Source of the DNA: Dehalococcoidales bacterium
Lineage (GTDB): Bacteria; Chloroflexota; Dehalococcoidia; Dehalococcoidales; BS750m-G39
DNA: 64,000 bases
Reading direction: 5' to 3'
Assembly: GCA_034419075.1 (NCBI GenBank)
Contig: DAOULR010000022.1
Coordinates: 2,598 to 66,597, forward strand
Positions 36,769-44,779 of this stretch are shown piece by piece. The notes under the pieces were generated by a model. The model had not been told where the DNA came from, ran no database searches, and saw only the letters and a list, made by a program, of their open reading frames with translations. The translations under genes were made by a program, and so were the position numbers. The stretch's first letter is position 1; each line of letters opens with the position of its first letter.

Positions 36769-38048
36769 CAAACCCCCTTTATCATCATGCCCATCATCCC
36801 CACCACCATCACCATGGGCACCATAGTCTCCATCATCCCGGTGATTGGCGTCGTCGTCTTGACCAGCCTGTTCACCATTACTCCCACTGCCGGCAGCCCG
36901 TACCCGTAACTGTTGTCCTTGGCCACCTGAACCCCTTCCGGTTTCACGCAGTAGGCATAGGCGTACGGCATCCAGTCGTAATATGTAATCCTGACCTCCT
37001 GGCCGTAGACCCTCCTCGCCAGGTCCCAGAGCAGGCCGTCGACGCCGACAAGTATCGGCGCGGAGAAGGATGTACCCGACTTGACTTCGTAGTCGCTGTC
37101 GCCCTTGTGGCTGGCGAGCTCGATGGACTCGGCCCAGCAGACGAAATCGGGCTTGGTAGCTCCCTCGACGGTAGGGCCGCGGGAACTCTCCTCCCAGACC
37201 GTGAACTCCCAGGTCTTGATGCCGCCCACCGCCACCACCTTGGGCTCGCACGCCGGACACATCAGCGTGGTAAGCTTCGGCCCCTGGTTTCCCGCGGCGG
37301 CGATGATCTGGAGTCCGTATTGCTCGACCGCGGTTCGGCAGGCCACTCTCATCGGGTTGTCGAGGTCTCCGTCGTCCTCGCCGCCTACGCTGACGTTTAT
37401 GGTGTTGGGGTACATGGGGTCGGTGGCGGGAAGCCCCTGCTGGTTCGCCTGCTCGACCAGGCTGCACACCCGGTCGATGGCCTCCACCAGCATCTCGTCG
37501 GTGCCCTCGCCGCTGTCGTTGATGACCTTGAGGTTCATCAGGGATGCGCCGGGGGCTACTCCCGACCTCTGGCCGAACTCTCCGGCTATGACGTAGGCTA
37601 CACCCGTCCCGTGACCGAACACGTCGGTCGTGCTCTCCGATTCGGAGAAGTTGGCCCGGTAAACCACCTTGCCCTCCAGCGCCTCGTGAGTCTCCCTGAT
37701 GCCGCTGTCGCAGACCGCTACCGTGAGTCCTGTGCCGATAAGAGGCGGGGAATATGCCTGGCGCAACTCGTTGAATGTGTCGTAGAGGTTGAGACTGCTT
37801 ACGATGTCTTCGAGCTGCAGCGGCAGAGCGGGATTGGGGGCAGGGGCGAGCCTCTCCGTCGCCACCCTTTGAACCGGCTTCAGCTTGAGACCGGCGACGG
37901 AGGACAGCCTTTTCGCCTGCTCCTCGTCGAGGTCGCAGAATAGCTGCTTCGCCGCAGGCAGCGGTTTGATGTTCTTGGCCCCCACCCCCCTGCATTCCCG
38001 CTCCACCTGGTCTAAGGCAAGTTCCTTGGGGATTATTGCGTATCTCAT
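36768..38048 (-). CDS. Subtilisin-like (S8) serine protease with Met-rich hydrophobic C-terminal tail
   Basis: Catalytic triad contexts VAVCDSGI, HGTGVAYV, SGTSFSAP. Tail is GMMETMVPMVMVVGMMGMMIKGV. Confidence 0.85.
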   Translation of the reverse strand: MRYAIIPKELALDQVERECRGVGAKNIKPLPAAKQLFCDLDEEQAKRLSSVAGLKLKPVQRVATERLAPAPNPALPLQLEDIVSSLNLYDTFNELRQAYSPPLIGTGLTVAVCDSGIRETHEALEGKVVYRANFSESESTTDVFGHGTGVAYVIAGEFGQRSGVAPGASLMNLKVINDSGEGTDEMLVEAIDRVCSLVEQANQQGLPATDPMYPNTINVSVGGEDDGDLDNPMRVACRTAVEQYGLQIIAAAGNQGPKLTTLMCPACEPKVVAVGGIKTWEFTVWEESSRGPTVEGATKPDFVCWAESIELASHKGDSDYEVKSGTSFSAPILVGVDGLLWDLARRVYGQEVRITYYDWMPYAYAYCVKPEGVQVAKDNSYGYGLPAVGVMVNRLVKTTTPITGMMETMVPMVMVVGMMGMMIKGV

Positions 38049-38099
38049 TGGCCTTCTCCTCGCTCTCTTATCCCGGCCCAGGTTCTCCTGACACGCCCT

Positions 38100-38816
38100 T
38101 TACGCCGGATAGGTCAGCTGAACAGTGTAGGTTACCTTGAGCTGGCCGGTGTTGGGGACGGTTACAGTCGAAGACAGCTTGTCTCTAGCCATCAGAATAT
38201 ACATGGACGTGCTGTGAACAGTATTTCTAGCGGTTAAGCCAACTTCGTTAACATCTATGCTTCCCCCGCTGTTGTTGTTGAAATAACGAACCAGCTCGTC
38301 TTTCATAACCCTTGTTGCTGCTGTCCAAGTTACCTTATGTGTTTCGGCTGTAGCGTAGTTTAGTTCTCCTGCACCTGCTCCGTCGTTAATCAGCGTCTCC
38401 ATAACATAGTCGTCAAGGCTTTCCACGGTTGTTCCGCTACCGACTTGAATTCCTCTGGCATCGTCGCCACCACCGGCGATGTAACCATAAGTGGTGGGAA
38501 TGTCGTCCAAATCAGAGTCGCATATTCCAATACAGTGGTCATATCCGTAGATATTACCGTTTGTTTGCCTTAGGTTTAGATAACCATCGCCCCAATTTGG
38601 AGAGGGATCGTCTCCATTTTTAGTGGCTAGTTGACAAAACAATATGTTGTAAGCGTTTCTAACCCAGCTATGGCTTCTTTGTATATGAGTTTTAATTATC
38701 CCTCCGTCTTTATCCAGGACTTCCAGTTTCCAAAGAGCTTCTGGTATCGGGATATGCAAACGCTTTCCCATTTCTCTCAATCTGGCATATTCTCTTTCTT
38801 CGGCTGGGTTTAACAT
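38100..38816 (-). CDS. Hypothetical structural-module protein (238 aa)
   Basis: ORF track. GGAGG SD. No family recognised. Confidence 0.5.
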   Translation of the reverse strand: MLNPAEEREYARLREMGKRLHIPIPEALWKLEVLDKDGGIIKTHIQRSHSWVRNAYNILFCQLATKNGDDPSPNWGDGYLNLRQTNGNIYGYDHCIGICDSDLDDIPTTYGYIAGGGDDARGIQVGSGTTVESLDDYVMETLINDGAGAGELNYATAETHKVTWTAATRVMKDELVRYFNNNSGGSIDVNEVGLTARNTVHSTSMYILMARDKLSSTVTVPNTGQLKVTYTVQLTYPA

Positions 38817-38829
38817 TTTTACCTCCTTT

Positions 38830-39702
38830 TCACCATTTCCCTATCCAAGCCTGTGTTCCCAATGGTTGGGTGGTTACCGAGCTATAACTTGTTACCCTAC
38901 CTCTAATCCAATACAGCGTTGCGCCATCAACATCATGGTTTGCCCAATCATCGGGCCGGTTAAATTTGACGCTGTTCATGCCGGATGCCCTAAATCCGTT
39001 GCTGGTATCATGCACCCCTGGTAAAGCCGCCCAGGAGCTTCCATTCCAGTACTCCCAGGTTATAGTCCATGTACCGGCTCCGGCGGTGCCAATATTTAGG
39101 TTCAACCAATCCCACACCGAGGCATAGCCGAAGTAATAGGCGTCGTTTACCGCCGGCGTAGCCGGCAGCAGGGTCACATCGTTCGCATCAGCGTTGTTAA
39201 CCTCGGTGGTTTCATCGGTATACGTAGGTCCGCTGTGGTCATAAGCCCTGGCTCCGGCGACGGCATTCCCTCCGACCTGAGCGACTAATGCTTGGCTCAC
39301 GGCAGGCATGGGAACACTGAGCGTGTTCCCGGCTGCATGACCGCCGCCGGAGTGGTCTTCGACAACGGCCACGCCTACAGTTGGCGTGGGGATCTGCAGG
39401 GTTGGCAGGGCGATCATCCTGTTAACGGCGCCGGTTAAATAGGCGACTATGTCCTGGATGTCCATCCATTCCGGCATCAGAGCGCCCGTGTTTCGCATGT
39501 GGAGGAAGTTGTAGCCGACGCCGTACTCCCCTGCCAGCTTCTCCAGAACGTCCAGCCCCCGGTAGGCGATGTCGCCCTCGACCATACCGGCCACTATCGC
39601 CTTAAGGTTACGGATCTCCCTGGCCTGCCAGTTCTTGTCGGCGTCTATCTCGATTTCCGACAGCTTCGATATTCCTATTCCCGCCTTGGTCAGCCAGCTC
39701 AT
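38830..39702 (-). CDS. Hypothetical structural-module protein (290 aa)
   Basis: ORF track. Beta-rich C-terminal domain (..WTITWEYWNGSSWAALPG..). Confidence 0.5.
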   Translation of the reverse strand: MSWLTKAGIGISKLSEIEIDADKNWQAREIRNLKAIVAGMVEGDIAYRGLDVLEKLAGEYGVGYNFLHMRNTGALMPEWMDIQDIVAYLTGAVNRMIALPTLQIPTPTVGVAVVEDHSGGGHAAGNTLSVPMPAVSQALVAQVGGNAVAGARAYDHSGPTYTDETTEVNNADANDVTLLPATPAVNDAYYFGYASVWDWLNLNIGTAGAGTWTITWEYWNGSSWAALPGVHDTSNGFRASGMNSVKFNRPDDWANHDVDGATLYWIRGRVTSYSSVTTQPLGTQAWIGKW

Positions 39703-40178
39703 TCAAGCCTCCTCCATATGGCCTTATAGGGCACATCCACATTGGTATCAACTCCGTTGTCGGAGTGCATCTCCAGCCGTACCGGCTCATTGGCGCCGAA
39801 GTTCCCGTTGACCACCATCACCCCGTCGGGGTCGGCTCCCTTGGTAAACGCCTGGTTGTAAATCTCCTCCTCCGCGCCGGTCACATTCGTATAGGCTCTA
39901 ATGGTTACACCGGCACCGCCGGCGCAGTTCCTGATAGAGATAATGACGCACAGTACCTCTATTCTCCCCTCGGCCGGGATGGTCAGCACGTCAGCCCCCG
40001 GCTTGCCGCTGGACGCCGTTCCGCCGTTGAGATTCAGCCCTACAGCGGCGCCCTCGTCCTCTTCGGCTTCGACAAAGCGCAACAGCTTCTCGAAGAAGCC
40101 CGGGTAGTGCTCATCCAGGTAGATCGCTATCTCGGGCTTTATCTTCTGCTTGTATAGTTGGCCTGCGCTTCCGCTCAT
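39699..40178 (-). CDS. Hypothetical protein (159 aa)
   Basis: ORF track. 4-nt overlaps on both sides. Confidence 0.5.
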   Translation of the reverse strand: MSGSAGQLYKQKIKPEIAIYLDEHYPGFFEKLLRFVEAEEDEGAAVGLNLNGGTASSGKPGADVLTIPAEGRIEVLCVIISIRNCAGGAGVTIRAYTNVTGAEEEIYNQAFTKGADPDGVMVVNGNFGANEPVRLEMHSDNGVDTNVDVPYKAIWRRLE

Positions 40179-40666
40179 TCGGCTGCCCTCGTCATCATCG
40201 TTCCGATCATCATTACCATCATGAACATCATCAGCACGTTCATGATGTCACCCGTGTCGGAGGAGGTGGTCGGTATGCCCGGCAGCACGGGCAGGTTGGC
40301 GGTGCCAGCGCTTGTCAGTGCGGTGGAGACCGAGTCGGTAATTTCGTTCGTCTCCCTCTCGTAGAGGCTGATGGTCAAGGCGGCATCGGTATAGTCGAGC
40401 ACCAGAGCGCCGGGCAGGCTGACCACGTTGTTGGCCTCGACGGAAAACCAGGCCGCCTCGTCGACCTTTATCGGAAACTCGCTGACCACCTCGTCGTTCC
40501 TGGTGAGACGGGCCATCATCATGTACTCGCGGTCGACGCCGGTGGGGTTGGCCACGTAGATGCGACAGTGTATCTCGCTCCCGGCGACATAGGTCATCGA
40601 CGGAGACAGGTTCCAGAAGATGTCGCCGTATTCGCCGACCAGTTCCGCTTGCTGCGCTTCGATCAC
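40175..40666 (-). CDS. Ig/CARDB-like protein with Met-rich C-terminal module (163 aa)
   Basis: Tail is DIMNVLMMFMMVMMIGTMMTRAAE. Beta-rich body. Confidence 0.6.
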   Translation of the reverse strand: MIEAQQAELVGEYGDIFWNLSPSMTYVAGSEIHCRIYVANPTGVDREYMMMARLTRNDEVVSEFPIKVDEAAWFSVEANNVVSLPGALVLDYTDAALTISLYERETNEITDSVSTALTSAGTANLPVLPGIPTTSSDTGDIMNVLMMFMMVMMIGTMMTRAAE

Positions 40667-40671
40667 GCCCC

Positions 40672-41091
40672 CTAGACCTCCTCCATCATCGGCATCATCA
40701 TTCCCATCATCATTACCATCATGAGCATGGGTAGCATGTCCATAATGCCGGCCGACATACCGCTAATCACCACCGCATCGGGTATGGTCACCTCGTTGCC
40801 GTCGACCTCGACCTTCATCCAGTATGTGCCGTCGCTTTTACCGGACGCGGGTATGACTATCTCGGTAGTTCCCGACCAGGTTTTGGGGGTGAGGGTAGCC
40901 TCCAGACTGATTTCTTTGAAGCTCTCTATATCGCGGCCCACCCCCAGGCCGAGAGACGCCCAGAGAGTTACCGTGGCGCCCTGCGAGACGGTGTATTTGA
41001 AACTGACCTCAATCACCAGGGTATCGCCCGGTGCTAAAGGTATCAGCTTGCCGGCCGCCAGCACTGTCAGGTCGGTTATATTAGCCCCCAT
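40672..41091 (-). CDS. Ig/CARDB-like protein with Met-rich C-terminal module (139 aa)
   Basis: LAPGDTLVIEVSFKYTV core. Tail is GIMDMLPMLMMVMMMGMMMPMMEEV (13 Met in the last 25 residues). Confidence 0.6.
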   Translation of the reverse strand: MGANITDLTVLAAGKLIPLAPGDTLVIEVSFKYTVSQGATVTLWASLGLGVGRDIESFKEISLEATLTPKTWSGTTEIVIPASGKSDGTYWMKVEVDGNEVTIPDAVVISGMSAGIMDMLPMLMMVMMMGMMMPMMEEV

Positions 41092-41094
41092 TAG

Positions 41095-41640
41095 CTACTC
41101 CTTCTTGTAGTAGTCGACCACGGTAAACTCCGAGAAATCTACCTCCAGGCCGACGATATTCAGAGCCCCCAGGTACCTCAGGCCAAGCTCCTCGCCCCCG
41201 CCGGACACCTTGCACTCGATATCGTCCCAATCGCTCACCGTATTTGTCGGGAGGACGATGTCGAGGTTGCCCGTGTATAGCGTGGGAGTGGTGGTCTGGG
41301 GAAGGCTCCGGCTCCTGCTCTTGCTGACCTTCTCGTCGTAAATGTGGGTGACCGAGCCGTAGACGCCTACCGAGGCGTACTCGATAACGGTTACCGCCGG
41401 CCCGCTGTATCTGTAGCTGTACTCAATCCTCAGAGTATCGCCCGGCGCGATATCCACCGTCTTGGGCGCGGTCTCGCTGGCTATTGATAGCGGAACGAGC
41501 AGGCCAGCGGTGTGTATGTACCACTGCTTGACCGAGGCGTCGTAATAGTAGTACTCCCCGGTGTTGGGATCGCGATACCATCCCGTCTGGTACTGCGACG
41601 GGGTGATAACCCCCAGGTCCAGCTGCAATGTTTTCACCAT
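41095..41640 (-). CDS. Ig/CARDB-like paralog (181 aa)
   Basis: IAPGDTLRIEYSYRYSG core parallels the 40672-41091 product. Confidence 0.55.
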   Translation of the reverse strand: MVKTLQLDLGVITPSQYQTGWYRDPNTGEYYYYDASVKQWYIHTAGLLVPLSIASETAPKTVDIAPGDTLRIEYSYRYSGPAVTVIEYASVGVYGSVTHIYDEKVSKSRSRSLPQTTTPTLYTGNLDIVLPTNTVSDWDDIECKVSGGGEELGLRYLGALNIVGLEVDFSEFTVVDYYKKE

Positions 41641-41643
41641 CTC

Positions 41644-42030
41644 CTACCTCCTGCTGTAGTTTGATATTTCGAACTGGCTGAACTCCGGCACCAGTTCAGC
41701 CACGTCGATGTCCTTCGTTTTCTCGTCGTCAAAATGCCAGGCGCCGTCGCTGCCGTACCAGTAGCTGTAGGCGTGTATGGTCACGTCGCTGTCCGGCATG
41801 GTGAAGTGCCCGTAAAAGGTATGGGTCGCCCCGGCGGCAACATTGGCCTGATAGCTCGGGTAGTCGATGGTCGGCCAGGGCGTAACCCCGTACTCGAGAG
41901 CCCCTCCCGCCATGATGCCGATGGAGGCTGAGTAGGTGTTTTTTATCCTGACCTCTATGTCGACCCTCTGGCCGGCAACAGCGCCGCTCGGAGCGACTAT
42001 TCCCACAATTTCGGTATACTTGCCCGCCAT
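41644..42030 (-). CDS. Ig/CARDB-like paralog (128 aa)
   Basis: AVAGQRVDIEVRIKNTYS core. Confidence 0.55.
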   Translation of the reverse strand: MAGKYTEIVGIVAPSGAVAGQRVDIEVRIKNTYSASIGIMAGGALEYGVTPWPTIDYPSYQANVAAGATHTFYGHFTMPDSDVTIHAYSYWYGSDGAWHFDDEKTKDIDVAELVPEFSQFEISNYSRR

Positions 42031-42218
42031 CAGCTGCCTCCTATCAGCGGTATCTCGACCTTCTCTCCCTTCCAGGCCTTCTTGGCTACCGAGAACGCCC
42101 AGGACAGGAGGGCTATCAGGATAGCGATGTCGATCATCACCGCGACAAGTTCTGGCCAGAACACGGGCTGGACCTGACCCGCCGCCACCGAAGTCTGGGG
42201 TTGAACGCCGCTTGTCAT
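42030..42218 (-). CDS. Small single-TM protein (62 aa)
   Basis: ORF track. TM helix LVAVMIDIAILIALLSWAF. Overlaps both neighbouring genes. Confidence 0.45.
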   Translation of the reverse strand: MTSGVQPQTSVAAGQVQPVFWPELVAVMIDIAILIALLSWAFSVAKKAWKGEKVEIPLIGGS

Positions 42219-42673
42219 TTCTTCTCCGTAGCTCCGGACATGAACTTCATCATGAGCACCATCACGCCCACCATGACCATCATGTTAATCATGGCTTTAA
42301 TATCCTCGGGGAGAATCCACCAGACAAAGGCCCCGATCAGCACCGGCAAGACTATGAGGACCAGCATGCCGATTATTACCGACATCCAGGCGAACCCCTT
42401 GACCCAGCAAAGGTAAACCGTGGGCTGGCTGGAATCGGCGTAGGCGACCTGACTGTAGCCCGGCCAGGGCGGCACGCCCGCCTGATCGAGCTTCTGGTTG
42501 AGCTCGGCAATTACCTCGGCCGAGGGGAAGTCCGCAAAGTTGAGCTGCATCAGCATCAGCGTCCCCTCGGCTGCGCCCTCTTCGAGCGGGCTGATACTAT
42601 GCAGCCCGTCCAGGGTATCGGATGTACCCAGGAGATACGCCTTGTAACCGTATGGCACCATTTTCCCCTCCAT
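42215..42673 (-). CDS. Membrane protein with Met-rich C-terminal module (152 aa)
   Basis: TM helix plus tail AMINMMVMVGVMVLMMKFMSGATEKK. Confidence 0.55.
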   Translation of the reverse strand: MEGKMVPYGYKAYLLGTSDTLDGLHSISPLEEGAAEGTLMLMQLNFADFPSAEVIAELNQKLDQAGVPPWPGYSQVAYADSSQPTVYLCWVKGFAWMSVIIGMLVLIVLPVLIGAFVWWILPEDIKAMINMMVMVGVMVLMMKFMSGATEKK

Positions 42674-42874
42674 AGCGATGAAGGGCTTGCCAGCTGGTAT
42701 TCCCGCATGGCAAGCCCTTCTCTATAGCTACCGTCTGATTGATAGCCGTTTCAGGCAGCAATCCGCCTGCACGAGATGCTGTATCGCTTCCCGGTCCCTA
42801 GCATGACCGGGCCTTATTCCGGCCCTCCGCATCGGCGGGTTGCCCCCTGGCTATCGAGCCCCGATGCGGGAACC

Positions 42875-43669
42875 TTAGCTGACGAGTAGCTTGCCCGCGC
42901 GGCCCCAGACGCGAAGGTAGGCATCGACCGCAGCGCCGGCTACGGCGGCGGTGGCCACGGTTACCACCAGGGTAAGCTTGTCGCCGCCGACCAATCTCAG
43001 CTCGTTGTTGAGCTCATCGGCCTCTCTGAAGTCCCGCATGACCTCCTGAAGCTGCTGCTCTACGGTGGAGGTGACGTCGCCGCTGGTCTGGTCTATGTTG
43101 GTGATCTTCTGATACAGACCGGCCACAAGCAGCTTGTGGTCATAGATGGCGCCGGCCGCAATCTCGGCCTGGGTGGCGGCCAGCCCTCCCCCGGATACCT
43201 TCGCCCCCCCGGTGGTGAGATACTGCTTGGCGCTGCCGTCGTAGTAGAGCTTGTCGGCATCATCGACCTTGGGGAACGAGGATACCCTGAAGTTGACGGA
43301 GATGTCGCCGGCGGTCAGGCCGCTCGCCTGGGGAATCTGGATCTTGTGGCCGCAGAGATACCAGACCTCGCCAGCCGGTACCTCGATCTCGCCGCTTTTG
43401 GACTGGCCGACGGCCGTGCCGATGGGAACCGTAACCTTGACCTCGCCGTTCCTGGTGTCGACTATGTCGTTAGTCCACTGCTTCTCGGCCAGGATCAGGG
43501 GCTGGACGACGGCCAGGTCCAGGTTCCAGAACCTCGCCTCGCCCTTGTAGTAGCCGATGGGCAGGATGCCGAGTGAGCCGCGGTATCTGCGTTCGGTAGC
43601 CAGCAGCGGCGTAATCGAGGCGAGCTGCTGCGGGGTAATGCTCTTGTCTTTTATCCTTCTCTGGCTCAT
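42875..43669 (-). CDS. Hypothetical protein (264 aa), candidate major structural protein
   Basis: ORF track. Largest soluble beta-rich protein at the head of the module. No fold recognised by eye. Confidence 0.5.
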   Translation of the reverse strand: MSQRRIKDKSITPQQLASITPLLATERRYRGSLGILPIGYYKGEARFWNLDLAVVQPLILAEKQWTNDIVDTRNGEVKVTVPIGTAVGQSKSGEIEVPAGEVWYLCGHKIQIPQASGLTAGDISVNFRVSSFPKVDDADKLYYDGSAKQYLTTGGAKVSGGGLAATQAEIAAGAIYDHKLLVAGLYQKITNIDQTSGDVTSTVEQQLQEVMRDFREADELNNELRLVGGDKLTLVVTVATAAVAGAAVDAYLRVWGRAGKLLVS

Positions 43670-43687
43670 TCCATACCTTCCTTTCGA

Positions 43688-43816
43688 TTAAACCTTCTCG
43701 GTTGCTTTACCCATCATCTTCATCATCATGACCACTATCATCACCATGATGAGCATGTTCATGATGGAGTTGATGTCGAGGCCGTTTTGTTGTCCGGTAA
43801 TAAGCCCTGTAGTCAT
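43688..43816 (-). CDS. 42-aa Met-rich mini-protein
   Basis: Not in ORF track. GAGGAGG SD. Translation MTTGLITGQQNGLDINSIMNMLIMVMIVVMMMKMMGKATEKV. Confidence 0.55.
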   Translation of the reverse strand: MTTGLITGQQNGLDINSIMNMLIMVMIVVMMMKMMGKATEKV

Positions 43817-43849
43817 CTGCTATACCTCCTCTAGTTTTGTCGCCCCGGC

Positions 43850-44047
43850 CTAGATTTTCTCGGTCGCCGACGTCATCATCTTCATCATCATGACGACCAC
43901 CATCAGCATGATCATCATGTTCATGATTGAGTTGATGTCGAGCTGGGTCGTTGTGGTGGTGGCCGGGAGCGTTCCCGCCTGCAACGCGACGGTAGGTGCC
44001 TGTTGACCCGTGACCGGCACCGAGCCTGCTTGCTGTACTCTAGTCAT
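43850..44047 (-). CDS. 65-aa Met-rich mini-protein (paralog of the 42-aa ORF)
   Basis: Internal ATG 44047 preceded by AGGAGGGA and overlapping the upstream stop (ATGA). Ends ..QLDINSIMNMMIMLMVVVMMMKMMTSATEKI. Confidence 0.55.
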   Translation of the reverse strand: MTRVQQAGSVPVTGQQAPTVALQAGTLPATTTTTQLDINSIMNMMIMLMVVVMMMKMMTSATEKI

Positions 44048-44301
44048 AGTTCCCTCCTGTGTCTGTAGACTTCTACCAGTCTCTTTGCCTCCCTCTCCAC
44101 GCAGGCTACGTCGTTCTCCGGACAGAAAGCCTCCGCCCGGTTCACCGCCCATAGCCCGTACCTCTCGATCAGCGGTTGCTTCGCCTCCCAGGGAATAGAG
44201 TGGTGACCGATTGCCCTGCTTGCCACAACTGCCACCCCAGTTATCATGAAGGCCGATAGCGCCAGGTTAACGACATACTCAAGCTGCTGAGAGACAGGCA
44301 T
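44044..44301 (-). CDS. Small membrane protein (85 aa), hypothetical
   Basis: ORF track. One TM helix (LALSAFMITGVAVVA). Confidence 0.45.
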   Translation of the reverse strand: MPVSQQLEYVVNLALSAFMITGVAVVASRAIGHHSIPWEAKQPLIERYGLWAVNRAEAFCPENDVACVEREAKRLVEVYRHRREL

Positions 44302-44316
44302 AGAAACAGAGGCGGC

Positions 44317-44529
44317 CTATTTATAGGCTGCCTTCATGTTTTCGTAGCACTTTTCGAACAGGTCACTGGCCGCCTTGGTCATCAGGTCCTTCCAGGCCTT
44401 GACCGGCGCCGAGCCCTCGTCTACCTTGACACCGAGGTACTCTGAGAGCTTGCCGGTCATCTTGGTGACGGCTAGCGGGCTGGTGACGCTGTTGATGAAC
44501 TTCTCCTTGGCTGATGCCTTTGTCGCCAT
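44317..44529 (-). CDS. 70-aa Lys-rich helical protein, first gene of the late module
   Basis: Internal ATG 44529 preceded by GGGAGG. The upstream extension in the ORF track covers hairpin sequence. Confidence 0.5.
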   Translation of the reverse strand: MATKASAKEKFINSVTSPLAVTKMTGKLSEYLGVKVDEGSAPVKAWKDLMTKAASDLFEKCYENMKAAYK

Positions 44530-44613
44530 GTTGCAAACCTCCCAATTTCGTTTTCTCGGGCTTTGGCCGGGCAGGGTGGCGCCCGGCTTCTGTCCCCTGG
44601 GAGTTGCAACCCC

Positions 44614-44672
44614 GGCCGAAAGGAAAAGGGACGTTGCCTCCAACCTTACCGCCGAAGGTTGCAACGTCCCTT
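44614..44672 (-). other. Long compound hairpin in the leader of the late module (terminator or attenuator)
   Basis: AAGGGACGTTGC..AACCTT..AAGGTT..GCAACGTCCCTT (12-bp outer and 6-bp inner stems), followed on the minus strand by TTTTCCTTTC. Confidence 0.5.
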
Positions 44673-44690
44673 TGGTTAGCCTCGGAGCTG

Positions 44691-44746
44691 CCGATAAAAG
44701 AAAGTAAGCCCTGTGAGCCGACTTTCATCGGCAAACTCACAGGGCT
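44691..44746 (-). terminator. Rho-independent terminator
   Basis: AGCCCTGTGAG...CTCACAGGGCT stem followed on the minus strand by TTACTTTCTTTTAT. Confidence 0.6.
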
Positions 44747-44779
44747 ACATATTTAGGCTACATCAGGCATCGGCCTTTG

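Noticed and set aside
35941-37995. 684-aa ORF in the track with an Arg/Gly-rich N-terminal two-thirds.
   Set aside because: Its first ~409 codons overlap the well-supported S8 protease gene (36768-38048) in another frame and translate to low-complexity RG-rich sequence typical of an off-frame read of GC-rich DNA. Only the last 275 codons, from the ATG at 36768 that overlaps the protease stop, were kept.
36768-44047. Whether the six dispersed ~70-bp ATG/ATC-rich DNA repeats could be a CRISPR-like or other non-coding repeat array.
   Set aside because: Spacing is irregular (0.2-3.4 kb) and the copies are diverged. Each lies in frame at the 3' end of an ORF just before its stop codon. No CRISPR array is present anywhere in the window.
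40158-44198. Plus-strand ORFs with His-rich translations (e.g. 42212-42727 ..HELHHEHHHAHHDHHVNH.., 40158-40364, 42201-42416) opposite the Met-rich tails.
   Set aside because: They are the antisense reading of ATG-rich codon runs (CAT = reverse complement of ATG). They lack SD sequences and cut across a tightly coupled minus-strand operon, so the Met-rich reading is preferred. Only experimental data can fully exclude them.
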